Source: Guillardia theta CCMP2712
Lineage: Eukaryota > Protista > Cryptophyta
Assembly (NCBI RefSeq): GCF_000315625.1
Contig: NW_005434609.1
Location: 133,236 to 197,235, forward strand
DNA: 64,000 bases
Direction: 5' to 3'
Below the pieces are notes generated by a model. It was not told where the DNA came from, did no database searches, and saw nothing but the letters and a program-made list of their open reading frames with translations. Each line of letters opens with the position of its first letter. Position 1 is the stretch's first letter. Both the position numbers and the translations under genes were made by a program. Below are positions 48,104 through 59,441 of this stretch, piece by piece.

Positions 48104-51100
48104 CTAGTGTACATTCCCTGCTGCTGTCAACCGGTCCAGCACCTGTAGAGATTTAGGTATGACTCCTCCTCCTCCTCCTCCTCCTCCTCCTCCTCCTCCT
48201 CCTACCCGATTGGCGTACTTGGCCGTCGTCTTGTCCTTGCTCTGCATTTCGTTGGTGAGGAGGAGGAGGAGGAGGAGGACAGAAGAGGATGAAGTGACCT
48301 GAGAGAGGGAGTGAAGCTTGGACGAGAAACTGCTTTCCAGCAAGATGTTCCGGCACTGCGAGCAGAAGGTGAGAGGAGAAGGAGAGAAGAGGGAGAGACG
48401 AGAAATGAGGGGAGGAGAGGATCGGGAGGGGAAGGAGGGAGGAGAGGATAGGGTGAGGAAGAGACCTCCTGGTAGGAAGCAACAGTCCCCAGCGAGTAGA
48501 GAGCGACTTTGCTGGAGGAGGAGCTGCTGTCTGAAGACTCCACGTTTCCTTCTGCAGCCTGGCGAGAGAAGTGAGCGATGGGCAGACGAGGAGCAGAGGG
48601 AGAGGAGAGGGAGAGGGAGAGGGGAGGGAGGGAGGAGGGAGGAGGGAGGAGGGAGGAGGGAGGAGGGGAGGAGGGGAGGGAGGGGAGGGAGGAGGGACGA
48701 GGAGGAGGACGAGGAGGAGGACGAGGAGGAGGACGAGGNNNNNNNNNNNNNNNNNNNNNNNNNNNNNNNNNNNNNNNNNNNNNNNNNNNNNNNNNNNNNN
48801 NNNNNNNNNNNNNNNNNNNNNNNNNNNNNNNNNNNNNNGAGAAAGTTTTCCTGAAGTCAATGAGTTTAGTCCTTCTGGGGGGAATGGAAGATGGAGGAGA
48901 GGAGGGGAGAAGGGGAGGTGAGGAGATGGGAGAGGAGGGGAGAGGATGGGGAAAGAAGGGAGGAGAGGAGAGGGGATGGCGGAGGAGGGGAAAGGGAGGA
49001 AGGGAGAAGAGAAGGACAGAGAAGAGGAGTCAACAGTAGATAATAGAAGAGAGAATAGCGGCGGAGGAAATGCTACGAGAGGAGGTTTGGCTACATCAAT
49101 ATTGATTTCATTTCTGACCTTCAACATGCTGGCAAACGACAAGGTGAGGTCGGACGAGCAGATGATCGACGCCCTTGAGTTCGCATCCTTCGCTCCTCCA
49201 TCTCCAACTCCATGCGTTGTGATGACCTGAGCCAATGTCGTCAGAACTTGAAACATCCTTCATCCTGCCCTCTCCTCGACTTCCCTTCTCACTGTCTCCT
49301 CCTCCCAACTCCCTCTCCTCTCCTTTCCCTTACTTCCCACTCTCCTCTCCTCTCTCCCATTCCGCTCTTGTCCTTGTCCTCACATTCAAGATCATGCTCA
49401 ACGCATCTATCAGCCCTGGCGGCGACAGCTCCACGTTGGCTGGGATGGTCTGCAGCCTTCTGCAGATGAGATGCCACAGCCCAGAGTTCTGCAAGGGATC
49501 GCAAAGTGAGTGGGGGGCAAGAGAGGATAGGCAGGACCAGATGAGGTAGGAGGAGAGGATCAGATGAGGGAGGAAGGGAAGGGGAAGGTGGTAGGAGCAA
49601 GACAAGGGGATCAGAGGGATGGGAGTGACTTGGGTGGAAGGGTGACAACGGGGGTGGCGGAGGTAGGAGAGGAATCACCAGGAGGATTCGGTTTGAGAAT
49701 CGAGCTCCGAGGATCCTGGTGAGCTGGAAGAGGAGGGCAAGCATGCTGTCTAGCCCTCCTGACCGCGCGTACCCAAAGCAGCATCCTTCTGCTCTCTGCA
49801 GGTTGTAGGAGGAAGACTTTGAGAACACCTCCTCGATTGCCGCGATGCCAGTCTCTTCGATGACCTCGGCCAGGCATGCGGCTACCTGACTCTGCACCTG
49901 GGAAGAGGGCTCGGACGAGGAGAGGATGCTGGCAATGGCAGCAGCAGCTGCGAACTTCACAGCTCTGTCCGGAGCAGAGCAGAGGCGAGCAGCGAGGGAG
50001 GTGACGAGCTTGGCATCGTGCAGGAGGATCGACTGCCCCGTCTTGTGGTCCATGGAGAGGAATTTGGAAGCAGAGAGGAGAGCGCGAACTTCGAGCAGAC
50101 TCTCCTGACCGTCCGCTGCCATGCTCGGCTTGCCGACGTTTCTTGACAGTCCTAGGATGATCAGCTTCTTGCCCACGTCCCCGCATACGTTGGGGTCAAC
50201 GTGCCTGCTCGGCTTGCAGGAGGCGCTCGTAGCGTGAGCGAGGAGCAACTTCATCGCGTTGCTCTCACACTCCTTGTTGACCTGCGGGGCTGCAGACGTC
50301 TGGCAACAGCCTACCTCTGCGCAGTGAACCAGGTTGAGCAGCGATGATGTGTTCTCGGACAAGAGCTCGTACACAACTCCTCCCGCCTCCATCGCGGCGC
50401 TCGACCCCGCCGGCTCCTCCTCTCCCACTCCATCCCCAGCTGTAACCGAGCTGCTCCCTTGCTCGACTCCGGGGAAGGTCGAGACGTACTCGCAGTTGGC
50501 GCAGACGATGTCGGCAAGGCACTGGACGGCCGCATGTGCCTCCTGTGCATGCGACTTCTCCGACAATTGCGCAGACGCGAGAAGGGAGACGACAGGGGAG
50601 AGGAGTTTCCTCTTCACCAGCATCTTGTAGAAGTTCGAATTCTTCCCCGGATTGCCGCCTGAGTGTTGACCCAGGAATCCGAGGATGTCCATGAAGCTTG
50701 CCCGGATGATTGCTCCCGTCTCCATGCTAGTAGAGAAGGCCAGAGGGAGGAGGTCGGACACGTGCTGGTACACTTCCTCGTGCACGCTGTCTGTCTCTAG
50801 GATGCTCTTCCTCATCGCTAGGTTCATGACACGCGAGAGCTCGGCAGCCAACTTCGAGGGAGGTTTCGTGCTCAGTGTGCCCATCCGCTGCAAGATTTCC
50901 GTGCCAAGGAAGAGATGCAGGAGAGCGAAGAGCTTCTTGACGACCTCGAGGATGGGAAACAGCTTCGCAGAGTTCGAAGGCGTCCTTGGCGACCCACTGC
51001 TCTGCATGGTGTAGGTGAAGATGTTGTTCATGGTCTTGAGAGCTGCGCCCAGCCGCTTCAGCATACTGTGATCGAAGGAGGCAGCTTGATCGATGGTGTC

Positions 51101-52763
51101 CAAGATCATCAGAAGCTTCTCATGAAAGAGCTTGTCCCGCAGCAGCTTCGCCGTACCCTGAGTTGTCTTCGAGATCGTTTCCACCTCCTGCCACCACTCG
51201 TCTCCTCCTGGGGTCGGCGCCGGGCCCGCTCGGCGCACGAGTGGTTGGGCCTTCGGACGGGCCGCACCCGTCGCGTTGTCCACCCTGCTCATGGTGGCCG
51301 CCTGCGAAGAAGCTGTCTGCTGAGGGGTGGAAGTCACATCCTCATAGCCGAGCTTAGCGCCTCCTGCCGGCCTCTGCCTTTGCTTCCCAGGTTGAGTCTT
51401 GGCACGAACGTCCCCTCTATGCACAGGAATGCCTCCCGGCCCGCGGCTACCGACACCAGGGGAGATCTTAGGGGACTGATTGTGGTCTTGCATGTTGCGC
51501 CTGGAAGGTGACGCGTCTCGATCGCTCTTCTCACAGTTGGGAGTTGTGATGTATTTGCTCACAGGAGAAGCATCTCGCTTGCTCGCGGGGGTTCGTACTT
51601 TGGGAGACTTTCCAGTCTTGTCGTCCTCCATCGTGGTGTTTGGAGTTCCTTTCCCAGGCGTCCGACTGGAGATGTTCATCTTCTGCCCTTGAGGAGCAAA
51701 ATTGAATTCGTCCTGTGCGTTCTCCGCGCGACTGTCCCCCTGTCCAAACCTCGGGTGCTTCTTGTCAAATATTGGAGGACGTTTGCTCTGTGTCATGCCG
51801 GTTTCTGTCTTGAACTCCTCACCCCCGCGGAAGGATTCAGTCGATTGACTTGCCACCTTGGTGAATTGTTGTGCAATGCTCTGCCTTGGAGCAGGGAGCT
51901 GGTTATTCAAATCGATGCAGTTTGCTTCTCCTTTTGATAGGATGAAGGCATGTTCAGCCAGCCTTGGCCAGGTGAGTCTGCGTTGCGGATCCTTCACCAG
52001 CAATCCCTGCGCAGCGACAACGATGAGTTCTAGGGTCTACAGACATCACAAGCCATCAAAATGTCACCTTGAGGAATGACTTGAAGTCAGGGCTCATTCC
52101 AGAAGGCCATTTGACAGGGTCCTTGACAATCTGCCCGACCAGCGCGATGATATTGTTAGTGTAGAAAGGAGGCTCTCCCCGGAAAAGCTCATAGAGGATC
52201 ACTCCAAGGGACCATAGGTCGACCGTATGGTTGTATGGCTGCTCCTGAACCAGTTCTGGTGCCATGTACAACGGTGTTCCTTTGACGGAGGTAAGGGTCA
52301 AAGTCTGCTGTGTCATCGCTCGTGCGAACCCAAAGTCACAGAGCTTCAGCTGTCGATCAGGTCCGATGAGAATGTTCTGCGGCTTCATATCGCGGTGTAT
52401 GATCTTGTTCGAATGAAGGTAATGCAGCGCTCTTATCATCTGCTTCGCAACGTTCTGAACCTCGATCTCTGGGAGCGAACCATCTGCTTCCAAGATTTCG
52501 AAAAGCTCCCCCTGTGCCAGCTCAGTCACAAGACAGAACTCGTTGTGCGTCTCGAATGCGTCCAGCAGCACTATGATGTTCGGGTGATCGAGCTTGCGTT
52601 GAATCTCGATTTCCTGTCTCAAGTTTCTGAGGTCTTTCTCACTCTTCCCATGTTTGGGAATGTATTTCAACGCGACAACCTGCGAAGAGAATTTCCTTCT
52701 GCCTTGAAACACTTTCCCGAAACTCCCCTCCCCGACCAGCATCCCAACCTCATAGTCCTCCAT
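48104..52763 (-). CDS. STK36: Fused/STK36 (TIO-like) serine/threonine kinase with C-terminal helical/ARM region
   Basis: N-terminus [54 protein letters not shown]; HRDMKPQN; CDFGFARAM; [27 protein letters not shown]. Continues in ORF 49289..52003 and small 3' exons spanning an N gap. Confidence 0.92.
48739..48838. other. Assembly gap (100 N, probably unsized)
   Basis: Run of N flanked by purine microsatellite. Confidence 1.
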
Positions 52764-53808
52764 CTCTCAGAGCAGACAAAAATTTCCCTGGCCGATCAAG
52801 CTGGATCAATTCGTACGGTTTGGAGGTTCATCATAAGCAACATCCCCACACGAAATCTTTCTCGTTCATATACCACAGAATCTGCAGCCTCTGCCGCAGA
52901 GAAAACGTCCCATCATCACAATGGATAGCAAATCTTTTGGTGCCCTTGCCAATTCTATATTTTGCTTCAACGTCCGCAACCCGCCTAAACCTCCCCGTCT
53001 TTCACTCCTCTCGACCCCGTCGCACCTTCAGCATGGCGTATCCTACAAAGGAGTGAGTACAAACTCTCTCTCTTCCCCTCTCCTTCACTCCCTCCTCCTC
53101 CTCGCCGAACCTGCTCCTCCACCTCCGCGCTCTTCATTCCCGACTGGAGCCCTTCCACCCCTAAAGCACCCCCACCCCCAGTTCTGTTTGAACCCCCTTT
53201 CTATCACCCCCTCTATTCCCCATGACTACCCTCGAATTTCCCCCTAAACTGAACTGCCTTGCATCACCCTACCCTACCCTTACTTAGTATGGCAACACGA
53301 CCCAAATCAAACTGACCACCCCCGACATTCCCCTGAGTCAACATAACCCACCCCTACATCATCCTCGACTACCCCTACCCGTCTATAGAAGCCTCCTGAA
53401 CAGTTTCAAAAACCCCAGTGCTATCACTGACTAACAGGGGTACTTTAGTTATTGGAGTGGGGGTGGGGGGTGGGGTGGGGGTCAGTGCTACCGAACTTGT
53501 TCCTCACTACTCGGACTGTACTGAGAGCCTTCGGCCGGCCGGAGTTTCGCCGGGCCCGACAACTTGACACGCGTCACCCGGCCGCGGCGGCTACCGTAGC
53601 ACTGCGGTTCAGCCGGGGCTCAAGTTGCCAACAACACATGTCTTGAGCATTCGAGGTTACAGGATTACAGGACAATGGCGAAGCAGATATGAAAATGGTA
53701 AAATAGAGTGTTTCACTAATGAACAATAGTAAAGAATAACGAAAAATAGAAGAGAAAAGAATATTTCAGATGTACAACGCTTGAATGCAAATGCATATCG
53801 CGGTCCAA

Positions 53809-54669
53809 TCAAAGCGGCATGCCAAAATCCTCCAAGAGCGAAGATATTCCAACAGGAAAATTATTAGGGTACTGCTCGCGGAAGATTTGAAGAAGTCTAT
53901 AGAAGCACTCAAAGATTTCCGACATGTTATAGTGAGTCATTCTCGCCAATCTTTCATTCCAAAGAGGCGTAACATTCAAGCAAGCTCGGGAAGCCGCAAT
54001 TGCTGCCGCCGTCTTGAGTGAATTCTTGCAGGACATGAATTCTTGCTTCTGGATTGCTAGATCACAGAAAAAGCTAACGTACTCCCACACGCAAATTCTG
54101 TCCTGATTGTCAAGGTGCGTTGGGACACCTTTGGTCATTTTGAGGTCGTCGGAAAAGTAAATTCCTCCAACCTTATACACGTCCATGAAATGCAACATCG
54201 TTGGTGAGGTAAGGCTCCATTCCAACACTTTCAAAATTTGTAACTCGGCGATCTTGACATGCTCGATGGTCAATTCATACTCGTCGACCATGAATTCAAC
54301 GAGATCGGTAGGGGTACCAGCGGTCGCAGGACCTTCCATTTTCATTGCAAGGAGAAGGCAAGCTGAAGCGTAGATGCGCCAACTTGTCTCAGAAACCGGC
54401 ATCTTGCTGAAGAATCTATCCATGTACAAGGTAGAGATATGTACGAAGAGACCACTCAGATTGAGATAATTGGTCAAGTTTGAGACATGGTTGACCATCC
54501 TTTGTCGATTTTGCAGGTACTATGGTCAAAGAGTTAGCATAGGTTCCCAGCAGAAAGGAAAAACAATGTTTACCTGAGCCTTGTCGGGCCCTTCCCAGTC
54601 GAGTATGAGATTCCTCTCCTCAACCTTTCGATACCAGGTCAACGTTTCGTCCATCTCTTCGTTACTCAT
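53809..54669 (-). CDS. Cyclin (divergent, cyclin J/A/B-like; Cyclin_N + Cyclin_C), about 268 aa
   Basis: Exons 54669-54574 and 54519-53809 (54-nt phase-0 intron). Cyclin-box features: YLQNRQRMV, YMDRFF, ACLLLAMKMEG, AELQILKVLEWSL..PT..HF, S..AAAAIAASR. Confidence 0.88.
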
Positions 54670-54879
54670 TCTGCAAGGCAGGAATCCTCCGTCGAATCCC
54701 AAAATTCGCAATCAAGGAAGGCTCTTCGGGATCCGGGGGTGATTTTACTTGATTGGCAACGCTGGTGACAAGTCCTTCGACGAACCTCTCCTGTTCGTAT
54801 CCTAGAAGATTGTGTAACTAGTCCGTGTTGCTCTTACTCTACAGGACAGTCCTTCCTTGGTTCTGTTTCACGCTATCTC

Positions 54880-56900
54880 ATCGCGCCTACCTGTACACCC
54901 CCTGGCCTTGCATGATCCTCTTGCTTCAATACCGCCCCTCTCGTATTATATACGCCACCCCCTCACCCCCACCCCATGATATCAAGCATCTTTCGTTCTG
55001 TACCCCCGAGTTCCACTAACCCCACCCAGAATATTGGTACATTTCTTTCAACTCCCCGTTCCTCTGCGGAATCATTGAGCCAAGGCACCCATGTATAAAC
55101 AATTTTCAAATGTTGTAATAATCAAAGTCAGTATAGCTCTGCTCTATGGTAAATGAGGCTGCCCTTCACCTTCCCCTCTGGAGCACCCCTACCCTATAAA
55201 TACAACATCTTTACTATTACCCCCACCCAATCTTTACACATACCCCCGGCACCCTTCAAATACCAGCACGACATACCTCATCGTTTCATATCTAACCCCC
55301 TCCTTCCTTTCCCACCCCAGATACCCTTCCTTGAAACCACCCTGCACATTAACCAAATGCAATGTTTCACTGAATACCCCCAAATTTACCCTATTAATGC
55401 AGACTTTTTTACCCGTAGTCTGAATACCCACCATCCTTAGATTGTCCTCGTGCGAGGGACCCCCAGGTGATTTGTTCAATAGTCGCATTGACTCACAGGA
55501 ATCAGCGTACCCCCCGTTTCCATGTCTGTGGGTACCTGGGTGGTGAAGCTGTTGACCCAGTCTTGTTGAACCAATTTAATATTTTGTAAATAAACAAAGT
55601 ACTTGTAAATTACAATTGCCAACCCTACCCCTGGAATTCAAAGTACCCCGCAACTTCGTCGTGACCCCCCCTGGGGGCGTAATGATCTGTCTACCCCCCT
55701 TTCTGTGCTGAAACACACCCCATGTTTTGACTTCCATTACTCGCAAGCTACCCCATACACCACCCCCATGGTTCATAACCCCCCTTCTCTCCCACCCCTA
55801 CAATCTAAAAATTCAGCATTCAGTACCTTGCAGCCAAACACATAGCTGTAATCACCCCACCCATAGGAAATCTGTCAGAGCACCACACCCCCCAGGCTGA
55901 AAACCCCTTTCAATTACCCCTACCCACTCCGTATCCTGGATTCCGACTCGCTCACTTATAAAATATTCAAGGAAGAATGGAGCAAAAACCTTCCTTTCGC
56001 CCCTTTCCCGCGCTTGGAATGCAACTTTTGATTTTTTGAAAATGTCGAAAACATATCATATCATCTCTTTTAAAAAATAAAATTTTAAAAAATCCTCGGT
56101 GTTTGGTCGTTCAACTAATGACCCCACTCTACCCTCCCACTGATTACCGGTACCCTCTACCCTACTTTTGAAGAGCAAAATTACACGATAGGTATGGTGG
56201 GTAGTCAGAATCTGTGGTATCCGATGCTCAAGGTGCCTGGGGGTGTCCCTGAAAAGTAAATCGAGGTACGGAATCTGATGTTGGGGTGGGTGGGGCTTCC
56301 TGCGACCGCGCTTGTGGCTCAATTGTGCGGCGGAAGTTGATATGACCACACAGGGGGTGGGGTGGAAATCGCAATGGGAGGGGTGATGTCAAAATTGGAT
56401 TCCAATACCGAACTCAGGATGTCATTGGTCATTTTACCAACAGCGGGTGGGGTGGTCAGTCAGCCTACAGGAGGGTACATAATTCGAAGGTCGGGAGGGG
56501 TATGACCTCGAGGTCTGTTGGCACATTTCTGAACAGATACGAGAGTGGGGGCTGTGACACGCCGGTACAAGTGTCGTGCGGCGTCGGCGGGCCGAGTCGG
56601 AGCGGCGAGGTTGATTTCCGGTCGGAAGGGGGGGTTCCTGCCGTTCCAGGGGGGGTGGTACCATGGTGAAGGTTCAGTTCTTGCAGTCACTCTAGTACAG
56701 GCCATGCAGTAGTAGGCCCGGGTGCTTTATTAAGTATATTCATATCACCCTGCTACCGTATAATTCACTCAATACTCTACCATCAAGTTCTGTAGTTCGG
56801 AGCCGGCTGGCGGCGGACGTAGCCTCAATAGTAGGGGAAGGGTCAGCTGGGTGGGGTCCCTGTGCCAAAGGAGATCTTTTCATCAGTTGGGCGATGATCC
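54880..56900. other. Gene-free low-complexity region of degenerate ACCCC/TACCC tracts switching to GGGGT tracts near 56170
   Basis: No credible ORF; strong C-skew followed by G-skew on the + strand. Confidence 0.65.
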
Positions 56901-56934
56901 CTACGTCCCGCCCGTCCAGGCTCGTACCAGGCAG

Positions 56935-57510
56935 TCCGACTGTGCGATCGGACCGTGACGGCTCAGAATGAGCGGCTGCTGACGGGTGACTGGCAACTTG
57001 ACCCGGGATACCGCAGGCGGCTGAGCGCGGGGCGGTCCGACTCGGAGGCTCGGAGTCCGATCGCCGACTCCGGCAGATACTCTGTAAAGCTAACGGCAAA
57101 ACTCGGACCGTTTTTCGGGGCCCGGACTCAGCCGGCGTCACGGTACTAAACGTCACCCGGTCCCGCGCCGCCGCCGCGCCCCCGCGGCCACCGTCACTGG
57201 GCCCGCCGGCCACTTTGCCCAGCTTGAGGGTTCAGTTTTTTACTACCGTGAGTGCGGCCAGTGGCTCCGAGAGCCGGGCCCGGCGCCCGGCCGCGCCGCC
57301 GGACGGACTCCCGGATCGGACAGCGGCCGACGGTGACGGTGCGGCAGTGCCAGGAGTCCGATCCGAGGGGCCGGGGGCCGGCGCCGCGCGGCGCCCGGGC
57401 TGGCCCGGCCACAGCCGGGCACTGGCCTGATGGCACGCTCCGAGGCTCCGACTCCCCGATATGACTGAGTTCACAGTCAGCCACTGATCCCGAGTCCGAG
57501 TGACGGTAGT
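56935..57510. other. GC/CpG-rich CCGG/TGAC island (second large copy)
   Basis: Same word composition as 8490-9135. Confidence 0.7.
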
Positions 57511-57526
57511 GATAGCAATTCAGTTT

Positions 57527-59110
57527 TTATTTGCCTGAGATCCTGCATGCAGCACTCATGCTAGTTAGAAGATGATTCAACAGCGCGGTAGCGAGTGCTG
57601 CCCCGACAGGTCCTTGGTAGTGGGCTCCATCGTAAGACACGTCAAAGAGATTGAAAGCGATCTTGTACAGGTCAAGATAGGCCACCCGTCCAGCTGTGGA
57701 TGCGACTTCCTTTCGTGCAACTGAGTTGTATCCCTCGATGAAATGTGGAAATCGCCAGTCTGTAGGGGGACAGCGAACCATCGACTTGTCTATGGTGTGC
57801 GGGAGAGTGCTCAGCCATACCACATGCAGGACGTGTCGACGGGTCACGAGGTAGTCGAGGACTTTGACCAGCGATCCAACCCCGCGAGAATATCTGGTCA
57901 GGTTCCATGGAGGTTTTGATCGGGAGCTAGCGGACCATTGACCGACATTGATGCAAATGAAGTAGCACCTTTCATACGCAGCGTTCCACCGCCATTCATG
58001 CGGGTAGTACAAAGGGAAGTATAAGACATGGCTCAATCTGCACACTGAATGCGTCTTTTGCATCTCCTCAGCATCGCACTGCCCATTCATCAATGCCTGA
58101 ATAGAGTTCGCCAGGTTTCGCATATGCGAGTCGCCAATCAGACAGATCGGTCTTGTTTGAAAGGCGGCAAGCGAACACTTACTTGCTGGCATAGAATACC
58201 GTAGCTCTGAGAAATGGTGCAGCAAGGATTGGTTCACCCTAGGGAACAGGTATGAAGACAAGACCCGGGGGTAATCAGTTTGAACAGCCTCGGACACATT
58301 TCGCCATGTCCAGTGCCACCCACAGCTTTCTGCGTCTTGCCCGTCAAAAGTCCAGTTGAAGCGTGGTGGAGTTTCAAACTCAGCAGCTACACATGACTCG
58401 CTGTCCATCACCGATTCCGGTCGCTCATCACGCAACACCAGGTAGACACTAGCAAAGTACCTTCCAGCCGTGCACATCTTGTATGGAGCTGACCATGTGT
58501 ACTTGTTGATCGACGCGTCACGATGCTGTCGGAACCTCAACGTCTGTACTGTTGGGCCACTTACCCTAACGAAGGCCAGGACATGTCTGGCATTCGCGAA
58601 CAAGTGAAAGCAACCCTCCGATCCCTTGGTGCAATGCATCACCATCGATTCAGGGCATATTGAGCTGTTCAATCCAGTGGAAGCACATTCGAACTGAACC
58701 GAAACATTTGTTAGGCATTTGCAGACGCATAACTCTGGTCCCTTGGATACCCCTCCTTTCCCTTGATCCACCGTAATGTGTGTACGCTGCTGGATAACCG
58801 AAGATCCTCGCTCCATCATCACATCCTCCCAAACGTCTCTCCTAGACTTAACCATGCTCATTACCATGGCGGCGTCCTGCGTCAGGCCTGGAACTCCTGC
58901 TTCCATCGGCATCCCCCGCCTCATCCACGTCACTGTGTCCCTGGATCGCATCGGATCAGCTGACATCATCATCCCCATCACGAGAGGTGCTGCCTTATGT
59001 GTTCCTTCCGTTCGCCACTGCCATGCCGCATTCCATCCCCCCATCGCCACCATGTCCAGCAGCACCAGCATCAGCAGCGCCGCCTGACAGCGCCAAGCTC
59101 TCCCTGCCAT
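57527..59110 (-). CDS. Secreted or type II membrane SGNH-fold PC-esterase-like acyl esterase/O-acyltransferase (NXPE/TBL-like)
   Basis: Intronless 527-aa ORF; N-terminal hydrophobic segment; catalytic-type motifs IGDSHMRN, NVGQW and YDGAHY (GDS...DxxH). Confidence 0.75.
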   Translation of the reverse strand: MAGRAWRCQAALLMLVLLDMVAMGGWNAAWQWRTEGTHKAAPLVMGMMMSADPMRSRDTVTWMRRGMPMEAGVPGLTQDAAMVMSMVKSRRDVWEDVMMERGSSVIQQRTHITVDQGKGGVSKGPELCVCKCLTNVSVQFECASTGLNSSICPESMVMHCTKGSEGCFHLFANARHVLAFVRVSGPTVQTLRFRQHRDASINKYTWSAPYKMCTAGRYFASVYLVLRDERPESVMDSESCVAAEFETPPRFNWTFDGQDAESCGWHWTWRNVSEAVQTDYPRVLSSYLFPRVNQSLLHHFSELRYSMPASKCSLAAFQTRPICLIGDSHMRNLANSIQALMNGQCDAEEMQKTHSVCRLSHVLYFPLYYPHEWRWNAAYERCYFICINVGQWSASSRSKPPWNLTRYSRGVGSLVKVLDYLVTRRHVLHVVWLSTLPHTIDKSMVRCPPTDWRFPHFIEGYNSVARKEVASTAGRVAYLDLYKIAFNLFDVSYDGAHYQGPVGAALATALLNHLLTSMSAACRISGK

Positions 59111-59296
59111 GAATCTTCACCCCGTTCGGGATAATTCACCAGGACACTGCGAAAGAGCGGAAGGTTACAACAATTTTACTCATCGCCAGGGTGTGTACTA
59201 CTATAGAATTTTACTCATATAAAGTTAAAACTTATTAGTACGACTGACCATCGTGAAGGGTCGCGCCGGCCGGCTCGTTGAGTGAAGATGAGGTTG

Positions 59297-59326
59297 CCCG
59301 GCCCGGCCCGGCCCGGCCCGGCCCGG
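59297..59326. repeat. (CCCGG)6 tandem repeat in a divergent intergenic region
   Basis: Directly visible. Confidence 0.9.
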
Positions 59327-59441
59327 ACGGATACACCGGGTGGACACAAAGACTCAAGTTTTAAAAGTACCAAAACAACAGTTTGACAGGCTAGTCAAAC
59401 TATCTCAACCGTCCGGGGAGTCCCGCGCCGACTCGTTCGAC

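Noticed and set aside
48153-49256. 367-aa ORF and overlapping ORFs
   Set aside because: Read-through of low-complexity introns and the N gap; only short pieces are Fused exons.
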